A stretch of DNA of 64,000 bases from an uncultured Candidatus Peribacteria bacterium (GTDB taxonomy: Bacteria > Patescibacteriota > Gracilibacteria > Peribacterales > Peribacteraceae). Position numbers and translations under genes: made by a program. Shown in pieces: positions 16,935 to 25,972 of this stretch. Where the stretch lies: assembly GCA_964358505.1 (NCBI GenBank), contig CAYHOS010000002.1, positions 9,561 through 73,560 of the forward strand. Reading direction: 5' to 3'. The notes beneath the pieces are model-generated. The model searched no databases and was not told the origin of the DNA. It saw only the letters and a list, made by a program, of their open reading frames with translations. How positions within the stretch are numbered: the stretch's first letter is position 1; each line of letters opens with the position of its first letter.

Positions 16935-18302
16935 TCATGCGCCTGGCACGGTGATCAGCCTCAGGGCGGTGAAAGGACCGGTCCGGTTGTCGCGCACGAT
17001 GATCTCGTCCGTTTCGTCCACCAGCGTGTTGCGGTCGAAGTCGTAGCGGTCGTCCATCGGCGCGGGGTCGGACGATGCGCGCGGATTGTTGCGCACGCCG
17101 ATCTCGTCGGTGGCATTCACCAGCGCGTCGGTCGCCGAGTTGCCCGCTTCCCCCACGGCATTGCCGGCGTACCACACGTCATCCGCCGCGAGTCCCGTGT
17201 TCTCCGTGGCCAGCAGCGTCACCTGGAGCCAGGAATTGCGGATAGCCCCGTCGGTCCAGACGAGCGTGATGCGATCGCTGCCGCCTTCACCGGCTCCCGC
17301 ACGCACGGAAATGCTCACCGGGGTTGGGGCTGCGGTCCACGCGGACAGGTTGTTCGCGTTGCCGGCCTTGAAGGTGAAGTCGCCGGCCGTGGGAGTGCCC
17401 GGCAAACCGCGGACGTCGATCATCAGGCCGTTGATGCCCTTTGCGTAGCCGGTGTAGTTGACGAAGGAGGCGGTCTCACCCGGCAAGAGCGGCGTTTTGT
17501 CGGGGGCAATGGCGTTGTCGTCGAAGGCATTGGCAGTCGGGTCGCCCTCGGGGAAGCCGGTGTGCGCATCCCACGTGGAGTTGTTGTAGAACATCCGGCG
17601 GCTCACAACGGTGCTGTACGCGGGGCCCCTAGGCGCGGTGTCCCGGACCCGTGAAGGCTGGTCGTCAGGGACATTCCCTGACGGAAGGTTCCGCTGCACT
17701 GCACTGGAGGATGAAGCCCCGACGGATGCCGACGAGGACTGGGAGGACGAAGAGGCTTGGGAAGATGAGGAGGAAACTGCGGAGGAGGAGGAACTTTGAG
17801 ACGGTGCTGTTCCGAGCGATGAAGAATATCCGGACGAAGAAGAACCGGAGGAATCAGCCGAGGAGACGTTGAATGTCTCGGAACAAGCCTGCCCGAACGC
17901 CTCCCCTCTTTCATTGAACATCTGAACCGTGAGCGTATGGGCGCCCGCGCCCTGGGGGATTCCTGACCGCAGGGTGAAGGTGACGGGCTGGCGCGGCCGT
18001 ATCGCCCGCCGGCGAAGGGAAACCTTGGTGGCGGAACCGGAGGAAACGTCATCCCAGGAATACGCGAGTGCATGCGTGCCGTTCTTCCAGACGGTTTTGC
18101 CGGTGTTCTTCAGTTTCATGCGCGCAACGAGCAATGCAGGCTCTTTCGCATCCACGAAGATGCGTTGCAGTACGCATACGGCATCTTCCCGCTGCAAACG
18201 GGAGATTGGGATGGTTTGGGAATCCGCCGCAAGGGCGGGAGTTGTGCTTGCGATGGAGAGAGCGCACAAACCGAAGGAAACAAGGCGTTTTATGCTACGC
18301 AT
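16935..18302 (-). CDS. secreted protein with long Ser-rich linker and C-terminal Asp-rich (dockerin-like) segment
   Basis: Signal peptide MRSIKRLVSFGLCALSIASTTPALA and a poly-Ser/Gln/Ala tract of about 60 aa. The C-terminus has DFDRNTLVDETDEIIVRDN. TTGACA-16-TATAGT promoter upstream. Confidence 0.65.
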   Translation of the reverse strand: MRSIKRLVSFGLCALSIASTTPALAADSQTIPISRLQREDAVCVLQRIFVDAKEPALLVARMKLKNTGKTVWKNGTHALAYSWDDVSSGSATKVSLRRRAIRPRQPVTFTLRSGIPQGAGAHTLTVQMFNERGEAFGQACSETFNVSSADSSGSSSSGYSSSLGTAPSQSSSSSAVSSSSSQASSSSQSSSASVGASSSSAVQRNLPSGNVPDDQPSRVRDTAPRGPAYSTVVSRRMFYNNSTWDAHTGFPEGDPTANAFDDNAIAPDKTPLLPGETASFVNYTGYAKGINGLMIDVRGLPGTPTAGDFTFKAGNANNLSAWTAAPTPVSISVRAGAGEGGSDRITLVWTDGAIRNSWLQVTLLATENTGLAADDVWYAGNAVGEAGNSATDALVNATDEIGVRNNPRASSDPAPMDDRYDFDRNTLVDETDEIIVRDNRTGPFTALRLITVPGA

Positions 18303-18405
18303 AGACAGAATGGTAAGAGTATGCGGTGACTATACAAGCTTGCAAAGCATTGTCAATATGATTTGACATTGTGGGGTTTGTACACGAGCGGAACGCCCCT
18401 CGCTT

Positions 18406-21096
18406 CTACATTTTCGCCGCCATCATCGTTTTGCTCGGTGGGGGCACGCCACCCGACTCGACTAATTTCTTCTCCAGATCGGAGAGGTTCTTCTGTTCTT
18501 CCACCGTCAACGTCTCCCCCACGAACTGCTTCTTGCGCAACGCATTGAACTCGTTCGTCCAAAGCTCCCTATCCCTCCACTTGCGGTACTGCGCCAGGCT
18601 CATCCCCTTCTTGCGGGCTTTCTTGAGCTCTTCCTCCTCCTTCTCCTTGGCCTTCCCCTCCGCCCTGGCCTGCGTCTTGGCCGCCTTGCCGGAGGCCAGC
18701 CATTTGGCGATCTTCTCCTCCACCACGGAAACGCGCTCGGTGTAGCGCTCCCGCGAGAGCTTGCGGATCACGTCCACGCGCTTGGGATCCTCCTCCGCTT
18801 CCGGAGGCGGCAGCGTGCTCACGGAGAAGGGCTTGCTTGGCACCCCGTGGATCATGAGGCGGAGGTAGGCGTGGTACTTGGGGAGGCTGAGGATGTCCTT
18901 GGGCAAGACGACTTCTTCGAACTGCTCGCTGAGCGGCTCGGCGTCGTCGGAGCCGATCTGGAAGCACAGGAGCGAGCCCACGTTGCCGAAAATGGCGTCC
19001 TTGAGGGTGGTGTTGTTCCTCTCGCCGAAGAGGAGCTGGTTCACGTATTGGTTGGCCATCGTCAAATTGAGGCGGTACTTCCGCGCCTCGGAGAGGATGG
19101 TGGCAAAGGACTCCGTGGCGAAGTTCTGGAACTCGTCCACGTAGAGGTAGAAATCCTTCCGATCGCTCTCGGGAACGTCCGCCCTGCTCATGGCGTCCAG
19201 CTGGAACTTGGTGACCATCATGGAGCCGAGGAAGGCGGCGTTATCCTCCCCCAGCTTCCCCTTGCTGAGGTTCATGAGGATGATCTTCCCCGTATCCATG
19301 GCGTGGCGGATATCCAGTGTGGAGGTGACCTGGCCCACGATGTTGCGGACGAGGGGCGTGGAGACGAGCTGCCCGATCTTGTTCTGGAGCGCCGCGATGG
19401 CCTCGGTGCGGTACTTCTCGGACCAGTTTGTATACTCGTCCTCCCAAAAGCTCTTCACCAGGTGGTTCGTGGTCCGCTCCAGGATCTTGGCCCGGAAGGG
19501 GTCGTCCACGAAGATGCGGAGGATCCCCAGCATGGAGTTGTTCTCGGCTTCGATGAGCGCAAGGAGCGCGTTGCGGAGGATGTACTCCATGCGGCCGGAG
19601 AAGGCTTCCGGCCACAGCTTCTTGAAGATGCTCATGAGGCCGGAGGCCACGAGCGCGTGCTGCTCGGGGTTAGGGCAGTTGAGCATGTTGAAGGAGACGG
19701 GGAACTCGCGGTCCGCGGGGTCGAAGAGGATCACGTCGTTCGTGCGGCTTGAGGGGATGCACCGCAGCGCCGCGTCCACCAGATCCCCGTGGGGATCGAT
19801 GACGGCAACCCCTTTCCCCGCAAGGATGTCCGAACGGATCATGTTCTCCAGGAGGACGGACTTGCCCATCCCCGTCTTCCCGATGATGTACATGTGGCGG
19901 CGGCGGTCATCCGTGCGGATGCCGAACTTCTTGCGTTCCCCGCGGAACACCGCCTCCCCAAGGACCGTGAGTTCAGGATCCGGTACGTCGCCGACGATGG
20001 GGAGATCCACGGGCGGCTCCGCCTTGCGGTATGCCACCCAGTCGAAATTAGGGGTTTTGACGAGGATATTGGGCACGTGCCAGAGGGTGGCAACCTCCTC
20101 CACCGAGAGGACATACGGCCGCTCGCGGAAGCCGTGGGGTAAGCTGGAGACGTTCCGCGTGGCCCCTTCTTGGAAGCCGTTGGACTGGGGGAGGGTGAAG
20201 GGGCGGAAGCTGGAGATGATCTCGTCCGCCTTCGCCTCCGCCTGGGCATGCGCCTCCGCGGGCGCCATCACGCTCACGCGGACGTTGGCGAGGAAGAGGA
20301 GCCGGTTCACCTTGTCCACGGCGGCCGTCTCCGCGTCCTCCCGCTCGTGGCTGCGCATGCTCACCCGGTGGTCCTCGTCCGCTTCCGCCGCGTGGGCATC
20401 TTCTTCCGTGAGCGTTGCCAATGCCATGGGATTGATGAACCAGGTGCGGAACCCTCCCATGACCATATCGAGCGGAAAGAGGAGGAGCCGCCGCCAGCCC
20501 CGGGCAAGGTGGACGGAGCAGAAGAGCTTGGCGTACCAGGGGAAGTGCTTGGGGAGCCCTTTGACGAGGAACGGGATGAACGCCAGCGCCCGACGGCGGA
20601 AGCGCGGCCCCAGCGGCTTGATGGCCACTTGGATGTGGCCGCGCATGCCCGCGGCGGGGTAGCGGACGAGGGAGGAGGCCATCCCCGCGATGGTGTCCAC
20701 GTGCTGCCGCGTCACGAGGTCGATGAACTGCGGATAGCGCTTGATGGGCTGCACTTCCGGCCCCGTGGGCAGCAGATCGCAGAAGACCGCTGTCTCCCCC
20801 TCTTGGGGATCCAGGAGCCCCGCGGGCACCTCTTCGATCTCCGCGTCGGGATACTGCGCGTAGAGCTGGCTCTCGATGAGGGCGGCGGCTTTGCGGCTGG
20901 AGCGGACGTAGAGCGAGATCTTCCCCTCGCTCACGCCCATTTCCAGGCATACCGTCCCGTCCGCTCCCTTGAGCGAGTGCACAGCCGAGAGCACGGCCTC
21001 CATCATCAGGGGGCCGCGCGCGGCGCTCAGCGTATCGTCCGGATCGGGAAGGGAGGGGCGGATTCTCAGGAGAACTTCTTTCGGGCGTGATGCCAT
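18406..21096 (-). CDS. VirD4/TraD-like (type IV coupling protein family) P-loop ATPase, orphan
   Basis: Walker A IIGKTGMGKSV, Walker B FYLYVDEFQNF, an N-terminal domain of about 390 aa of unknown function and a Lys/Glu-rich C-terminal tail. ATG 21096 is preceded by TATACT-acccattg. The ORF track start at 21174 is a TTG. Confidence 0.8.
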   Translation of the reverse strand: MASRPKEVLLRIRPSLPDPDDTLSAARGPLMMEAVLSAVHSLKGADGTVCLEMGVSEGKISLYVRSSRKAAALIESQLYAQYPDAEIEEVPAGLLDPQEGETAVFCDLLPTGPEVQPIKRYPQFIDLVTRQHVDTIAGMASSLVRYPAAGMRGHIQVAIKPLGPRFRRRALAFIPFLVKGLPKHFPWYAKLFCSVHLARGWRRLLLFPLDMVMGGFRTWFINPMALATLTEEDAHAAEADEDHRVSMRSHEREDAETAAVDKVNRLLFLANVRVSVMAPAEAHAQAEAKADEIISSFRPFTLPQSNGFQEGATRNVSSLPHGFRERPYVLSVEEVATLWHVPNILVKTPNFDWVAYRKAEPPVDLPIVGDVPDPELTVLGEAVFRGERKKFGIRTDDRRRHMYIIGKTGMGKSVLLENMIRSDILAGKGVAVIDPHGDLVDAALRCIPSSRTNDVILFDPADREFPVSFNMLNCPNPEQHALVASGLMSIFKKLWPEAFSGRMEYILRNALLALIEAENNSMLGILRIFVDDPFRAKILERTTNHLVKSFWEDEYTNWSEKYRTEAIAALQNKIGQLVSTPLVRNIVGQVTSTLDIRHAMDTGKIILMNLSKGKLGEDNAAFLGSMMVTKFQLDAMSRADVPESDRKDFYLYVDEFQNFATESFATILSEARKYRLNLTMANQYVNQLLFGERNNTTLKDAIFGNVGSLLCFQIGSDDAEPLSEQFEEVVLPKDILSLPKYHAYLRLMIHGVPSKPFSVSTLPPPEAEEDPKRVDVIRKLSRERYTERVSVVEEKIAKWLASGKAAKTQARAEGKAKEKEEEELKKARKKGMSLAQYRKWRDRELWTNEFNALRKKQFVGETLTVEEQKNLSDLEKKLVESGGVPPPSKTMMAAKM

Positions 21097-21116
21097 CAAT
21101 GGGTAGTATACAGGAA

Positions 21117-21209
21117 ACGGACTTCGGACATCGGACTTCGGGCTAGACACTAGGTGGCCAAAGACCGCCTTCAAGAAACTTCAACCGAAGTCCGAATGCC
21201 GAAGTCCGT
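21117..21209. repeat. inverted repeat of GAAGTCC-type heptamer words (family A)
   Basis: acggacttcggacatcggacttcgg (21117-21141) pairs with ccgaagtccgaatgccgaagtccgt (21185-21209). The arms are 25 nt and near-perfect, with a spacer of about 43 nt, between the hrcA stop and the ATPase promoter. Confidence 0.8.
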
Positions 21210-21210
21210 C

Positions 21211-21924
21211 TCACGCCGCCCGCCGCAGCATGTCCGCCACCAGTTCCAGCGCCACCGTGTTGTACGCGTAGTCCATGCGCAGCGGACCCAGGATCCCGAT
21301 GGCCCCCCCGTTCCCCCGCAGCCGGTACGCCGTGACCATCAGGCTGCAGCTCTGGAGCTGGGGGAGGATGTGGTCTTCGCCGATGTAGTAGCGCGTCTTC
21401 TCGTCCACGTCCACGATGTCCAGGAGGTCCGTGAGGCGCTTCTCCAGTATTTCGATGACGCCGGCGGCCAGCAGAGGATTCATTTGGAAATCGGGTTGGC
21501 GCAGCGCGTTGGCCAGGCCCATGAAGTACACGCCCGGCTTGTGGGGGACCGTGACGAAGGCGACGTTGGGGATCATGCTGGAGAGGAGCGCCACGGCTTC
21601 GTAGGCGTACTCCTGGTCCTTGCGCTGGAAGTACTGCTCCCGCAATCCATCGAATTTCTGGCGCACCTTCCGCTCCGTCGCCGTGGGCTCCATGAACTCC
21701 TTCACGAAGGCGCGGTAGCCCTTGGCGGTGGGGATGCGCCCGGCGCTGATGTGGGGCTGCTCCAGGTACCCCTCGTCCTCCAGCACGCCCATCTCCGTGC
21801 GGATCGTTGCGGAGGAAACGGCGAAGTCCCCGCATTCCAAGAGCTTCTTACTGCCTACCGGAAGCGCCGTGTGGATGAATTGGTCGATGATGGCCGCCAG
21901 AAGCCTGCTTTGCCGGTCATTCAT
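21211..21924 (-). CDS. hrcA: heat-inducible transcription repressor HrcA (short form, 237 aa)
   Basis: MNDRQSRLLAAIIDQFIHTALPVGSKKLLE...SSATIRTEMGVLEDEGYLEQPHISAGRIPT is the HrcA winged-helix N-terminus. A CIRCE element lies directly upstream. Confidence 0.85.
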   Translation of the reverse strand: MNDRQSRLLAAIIDQFIHTALPVGSKKLLECGDFAVSSATIRTEMGVLEDEGYLEQPHISAGRIPTAKGYRAFVKEFMEPTATERKVRQKFDGLREQYFQRKDQEYAYEAVALLSSMIPNVAFVTVPHKPGVYFMGLANALRQPDFQMNPLLAAGVIEILEKRLTDLLDIVDVDEKTRYYIGEDHILPQLQSCSLMVTAYRLRGNGGAIGILGPLRMDYAYNTVALELVADMLRRAA

Positions 21925-21933
21925 GCGGAAAGC

Positions 21934-21960
21934 GTAGCACTCCGCAGAGTGGAGTGCCAG
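21934..21960. promoter_or_regulatory. CIRCE operator
   Basis: gTAGCACTC-cgcagagtg-GAGTGCcag compared with the consensus TTAGCACTC-N9-GAGTGCTAA. It lies 10 nt upstream of the hrcA ATG. Confidence 0.8.
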
Positions 21961-21975
21961 CAAGGGGCGTCCTTC

Positions 21976-22485
21976 CTACCTCCGAACGCAGGCAACCGCC
22001 GTGGTCACGGCGGACCGGTTATTCCCCTCGTCCCCGTCGTGCCCCCGCTCGCCTTGCACCAGGACGGTATTGGCAAGCGTGATGCGGCAGCCTGCGGCTG
22101 CGGGAACCGTGAAAGCCACCGCGAATTCCCTCTCCTCGCCGTTCCCGAGCGCGAATCCCTTCCCGTCCCGACCGTTCCCGCAGAAGACGATACCCTCCGA
22201 GACAACGCAGGAGGGATCGGACTGCCCGGCATCGAACCGGAGGCCGGGGGGGACCACGTCGCTCAGGACCACGCCCGCCGCGGCATCCGGCCCCCCGTTG
22301 CGGACGAGGATCGCATAGATTGCCGTCCCTCCCGGCGCCACTTCCTCGGGCCCTTCCTGGCTGACGGAGAGATCGAACCGCTGCAGGATCACCTGCGCGG
22401 AGAGGAACGCCCTCCTGCCATAGAGGAGAGTGAGGACGAGGAGGAACAGGAGGAGCACCCAGAACAGCGCGCGCGGCCGTGCCAT
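21976..22485 (-). CDS. membrane-anchored DUF11/CARDB-like repeat protein
   Basis: N-terminal TM followed by APGGTAIYAILVRNGGPDAAAGVVLSDVVPPGL, which is typical of the DUF11 conserved repeat. Confidence 0.6.
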   Translation of the reverse strand: MARPRALFWVLLLFLLVLTLLYGRRAFLSAQVILQRFDLSVSQEGPEEVAPGGTAIYAILVRNGGPDAAAGVVLSDVVPPGLRFDAGQSDPSCVVSEGIVFCGNGRDGKGFALGNGEEREFAVAFTVPAAAGCRITLANTVLVQGERGHDGDEGNNRSAVTTAVACVRR

Positions 22486-22575
22486 GGGGAGAGGGGGAGG
22501 AGACCATCCCGCATTCTACGGTGCACACTGCAAAACACAATTGCGCGGCCGCGCAGGACATCCCTGCTGCACGAT

Positions 22576-24090
22576 CTACCGCTCCATCACGAACGGCAGC
22601 TCCCGCGTGAGGATGTTCTTGGCCACCACGACGTGGAGCATCTTCGGCTCACCCCGGAAGAACGCCTGCACCGTGCCCTCGTTTTCGTTCCCGCCGGCAG
22701 TGAAGCCGTCCACGGGGACCACCTGTCCCTTGCCGTCGAGCCCCAGTATGAACACGTTCTTGTAGCTGACCCCCTTGATCGCGAAGGACGCGCCGCTCCC
22801 CCCCTCGGTGAGCGCCACCTCGGCGTTCCCCACCGTCCGCGCTGCCCCCGCTTCCCCCGCCTCGAACGACGCGACGTTCATGCCCACGGGAAGCCGGACG
22901 ACCACATCCCCTTCCGCCTTCCCGATCTCCGCATCCTTCACCTTCCGCAGGAGCCGGACGTTCCCGTACGTCCCCTCGAACGCACCATCGCGTGCCGTGA
23001 AGTCCTCCACCTCGTTGAATATCTCCTCACGGAACTTCTCGGTCTCCGCCATCTCCTGCCCCTGCGTATCCTGCACGCTCCGAACGGTGACGAGGACGGT
23101 AGCCATGTGGCGGACCGCCGCGGGGAGGAAGGGCGCCATGCGCACGGTGATCCCGTGCCGCGCGGAGGTTCCCCACAGGAGCGGCTTCAATTGCAGGGCG
23201 AATGGCCCCGCCTGGCCGCGCAAACCGTCCGTGAAGGGCAACGCGGGCACGGCGAGCATTTCCTCGTAATCCGCAACGCTGATGCCCGGCAGGGCGGCGA
23301 GGTTGATCACTTCGGACGTTTCTTCTTCCTCGGAAAACTCCTCCCCCTCCCGGTTTGGCAATACCTCCACGGGTTCGTGGAAGAGGGAGGTGGAACCGAG
23401 CCACTTCTCCAGGAAGGGAAGGGCGCCCCCTTCTTCACCGAGAACCTCCACCAGCCCCTTCCCCAGCGTGCGCTGCATCTTCATGGATGCCATCGTACCG
23501 CCCCCCGCGCCCAAGCCCCCGAAGAGGATGAGGAGAAGGAGGAACGCCGGCCAGAACCGGGACTTGCGGTAGGAGAGAACGTAGCACCCGGCGATCTTGT
23601 CGTGGAGGCCCTGCTTGCGCTCCGTCATACCGATCATCAGGTACCCGATGCCGAAGAGGAGCGTGGAGAGGATTTTGGCGAGGGTGCGGAAGAAGGAGCG
23701 GAAAAAGGAGAGGCGGGCGCCCGCGCTATTCGTCACCCGCACGCCGGAGATCCACTTTCCCGCCGTCCCCTGTATGGGTGACCATTCCATAAGGAAGAAA
23801 TAGGGAATCGGAATGACGCAGAGCGCGACGACGAACGCCACCGTCTGCCCCAAAGACGGCGTGAACGGCCCCAGGAACACCACGATGGCGGCGATGCCCA
23901 TGATCAGGGAGAGGAGGAGGCAGTCTACAAGGTACGCCCCCAGGCGCAGCCAGAACCCGGCGTATTCCAACTCATACTCCTGCCCCTCCGGCTTGGACGG
24001 AGGATGGGAAGGCAACACAACCTCTGGCCTTTTCTTGGCCTCAGGCTGCGCGGATTCCGGCTTCTGCGTGAGGAGGACGGAGTGGAGCAT
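22576..24090 (-). CDS. RDD-family membrane protein with large C-terminal extracytoplasmic domain
   Basis: The YAGFWLRLGAYLVDCLLL...RKQGLHDKIAGCYV segment is an RDD domain, followed by a TM and about 300 aa of unknown domain. Extended -10 TGGTATAAT upstream. Confidence 0.7.
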   Translation of the reverse strand: MLHSVLLTQKPESAQPEAKKRPEVVLPSHPPSKPEGQEYELEYAGFWLRLGAYLVDCLLLSLIMGIAAIVVFLGPFTPSLGQTVAFVVALCVIPIPYFFLMEWSPIQGTAGKWISGVRVTNSAGARLSFFRSFFRTLAKILSTLLFGIGYLMIGMTERKQGLHDKIAGCYVLSYRKSRFWPAFLLLLILFGGLGAGGGTMASMKMQRTLGKGLVEVLGEEGGALPFLEKWLGSTSLFHEPVEVLPNREGEEFSEEEETSEVINLAALPGISVADYEEMLAVPALPFTDGLRGQAGPFALQLKPLLWGTSARHGITVRMAPFLPAAVRHMATVLVTVRSVQDTQGQEMAETEKFREEIFNEVEDFTARDGAFEGTYGNVRLLRKVKDAEIGKAEGDVVVRLPVGMNVASFEAGEAGAARTVGNAEVALTEGGSGASFAIKGVSYKNVFILGLDGKGQVVPVDGFTAGGNENEGTVQAFFRGEPKMLHVVVAKNILTRELPFVMER

Positions 24091-24174
24091 GGCAGATAGT
24101 GTCTTGTGTATATTATACCATTTTTTTAACTAATTGTATACTCCCTTCTATGACCTGCCTGTCACCATGTTCCT

Positions 24175-24966
24175 TCATTTTTCTCCCCCTCCTTTCCGAA
24201 CCGCCATTCTCTCCACGATCCATCCCTCCAGATCCCATCCGGTCCAGCGCTCGAAGCGATGGAATACGCGCCGGACCATTTCATCCCTGTGCTCTTTCCT
24301 CTCCGTCTCCTTCGTCGGTTCACAGATGCGGATCGCGTCGATGAGAAACTTTTCATTCGGCTGGACCTTTGGACCCCGGATATCCCACGCCCGCGCGATC
24401 TCGCTTGGGGTGAGGACTGTTGGCTTTGCTTCGCCTTCGCGCTCCGCGAGATATGCTCCGATCATTGCAGCGCGACGTTGGTGGTACGGATGCGTGACGG
24501 CGGATACCGCATGGAGATTCTGCTCGTGTGCAATACGCAGCGCCTGTGCACATTCATCACGGGTACGTTTCGTAAGGCGTTCGACATGCGGCTGGAGAAG
24601 CTCACAACGAATGTCCAGGGGAACGTTGCCGTAGATGGTTTCTGCAATTTCCGCGCCATACCGCCATTGGCCGTCCCACATCCACTGGCATCCCTCCAAG
24701 AACAACGGCCGTGCGCGCGTACCCCTGTCGTCTCTCCTGAGGCCTAGCCCGTGCAACGCCGCCGCGAACACGCGCGCCACGTTCTCCGCCACTTCTCTCT
24801 GCACTGCAACGACTTGCTGAAGAACCTCCAGGTATTGTGTCCTCTCCATAGGCTCCCCCGATACTGTATCGATCCCCCGGATCGCCTTCCTGAGGAGGCT
24901 TTGCTTCTGCGAATCCAGCACCGGGGGAACATCCCTTTTGAAGAGCGGAATGACACCGATTTTCAT
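24175..24966 (-). CDS. hypothetical protein, possibly YdcF/DUF218-like
   Basis: AVTHPYHQRRAAMIGAY resembles the DUF218 TsxyHmxRa motif. Lower-GC segment. Confidence 0.45.
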   Translation of the reverse strand: MKIGVIPLFKRDVPPVLDSQKQSLLRKAIRGIDTVSGEPMERTQYLEVLQQVVAVQREVAENVARVFAAALHGLGLRRDDRGTRARPLFLEGCQWMWDGQWRYGAEIAETIYGNVPLDIRCELLQPHVERLTKRTRDECAQALRIAHEQNLHAVSAVTHPYHQRRAAMIGAYLAEREGEAKPTVLTPSEIARAWDIRGPKVQPNEKFLIDAIRICEPTKETERKEHRDEMVRRVFHRFERWTGWDLEGWIVERMAVRKGGGEK

Positions 24967-24994
24967 AGAGATGGTATGGATATGTAAACTGACC

Positions 24995-25219
24995 TCACCC
25001 CTTCGGCTTGGGGGACCCGGCAGCCATCCTCTTCCTGAACCGTTCCACCCGTCCGCCGCGCGCTTCCTTGTTCGCCTTTCCGGTGTAGACGGGGTGGCAG
25101 CTGCGGCATACTTCCACGCTCTGCTCTTTGACCGTTGAGGGGATCAAATACACCGTCCCGCAGGTGGAGCAGGTCGTTTTTGCGTCCTTGATCATTGCTG
25201 GATGGATACCGGATTTCAT
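24995..25219 (-). CDS. rpmE: 50S ribosomal protein L31
   Basis: The C-terminal 74 aa of ORF 24995..25453 read MKSGIHPAMIKDAKTTCSTCGTVYLIPST...CRSCHPVYTGK. TACACT-actcccatc-ATG. Confidence 0.9.
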   Translation of the reverse strand: MKSGIHPAMIKDAKTTCSTCGTVYLIPSTVKEQSVEVCRSCHPVYTGKANKEARGGRVERFRKRMAAGSPKPKG

Positions 25220-25333
25220 GATGGGAGTAGTGTAACAGAGTACTGGTATACGAGAATACGGGATTACGGGTATGGAGGAAAGTGCATTGTTATTGATTTT
25301 GACTCCAAATGCAAGTACTGACATAATCCTTCT

Positions 25334-25972
25334 ATGAGCCCGCGTAAATACCCTTCGGACAACAACCAAAACGAATTCGAACGGCAACGATGGAACGGCG
25401 GTGCCGAGGTGGAACTCTCGGTACTCCTGCAGCAACTCCAATCCATAGGCCATTCTCCTACCGAAATCGACCTCATCATGAATTTAGCTTCCACTTCTCT
25501 GGCAGCCGAGGGATATCATTATGCGCTGCAACAACAGAGCTGCGCTACCACTGTGATCCGACTCCTGGAAGAGCACAAAAAATGCAGAATATGTGCTTAC
25601 GAAATTATACCAACTCTCCAGCATATACATTCCCTGGACGTCCAGAAAGCGCAAGCACATGCCACAGCATGCGAGGAAGGCCACTACGATACGCTCAAGC
25701 AACTGTCAGATCTTCTCTCCTATCAAGTATCGCCTGATGAAGTTCCTCTGAAGCCGGGAGACATGGAACGATTCGCGGGATGTCAGCACCTTCAACAAGC
25801 ACAAACCCTCCTGGATTCATGTCGGTCAGGCTCAACATTCATGAACGGCCGCGAACTTTGGCAATGCGTGTGCCAGTACAAGATATCACCGGAATCTATC
25901 GGCTCAACGCCGGAGGAAATCCAACAGCTTGCCGATGCGTCCTTCCACTTCGGCATCAAGGGAAACAACTAG
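25334..25972 (+). CDS. hypothetical protein (212 aa), no recognisable domain
   Basis: Full promoter TTGACT (25299-25304), 17-nt spacer, CATAAT (25322-25327), then 6 nt to ATG 25334. Lower GC. Confidence 0.5.
   Translation: MSPRKYPSDNNQNEFERQRWNGGAEVELSVLLQQLQSIGHSPTEIDLIMNLASTSLAAEGYHYALQQQSCATTVIRLLEEHKKCRICAYEIIPTLQHIHSLDVQKAQAHATACEEGHYDTLKQLSDLLSYQVSPDEVPLKPGDMERFAGCQHLQQAQTLLDSCRSGSTFMNGRELWQCVCQYKISPESIGSTPEEIQQLADASFHFGIKGNN

Noticed and set aside
21154-23781. Very long shadow ORFs, for example 21154..23781 (875 aa), 53413..55401 (662 aa), 27292..29796 (834 aa), 1730..3625 (631 aa), 8474..9997 (507 aa), 59326..60993 (555 aa)
   Set aside because: These lie antisense to, or out of frame with, genes that have unmistakable motifs (hrcA/RDD, relA, gyrA, histidine kinase, LCP). 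The translations are Arg/Gly/Pro/His-rich, as expected from stop-poor frames in high-GC DNA.
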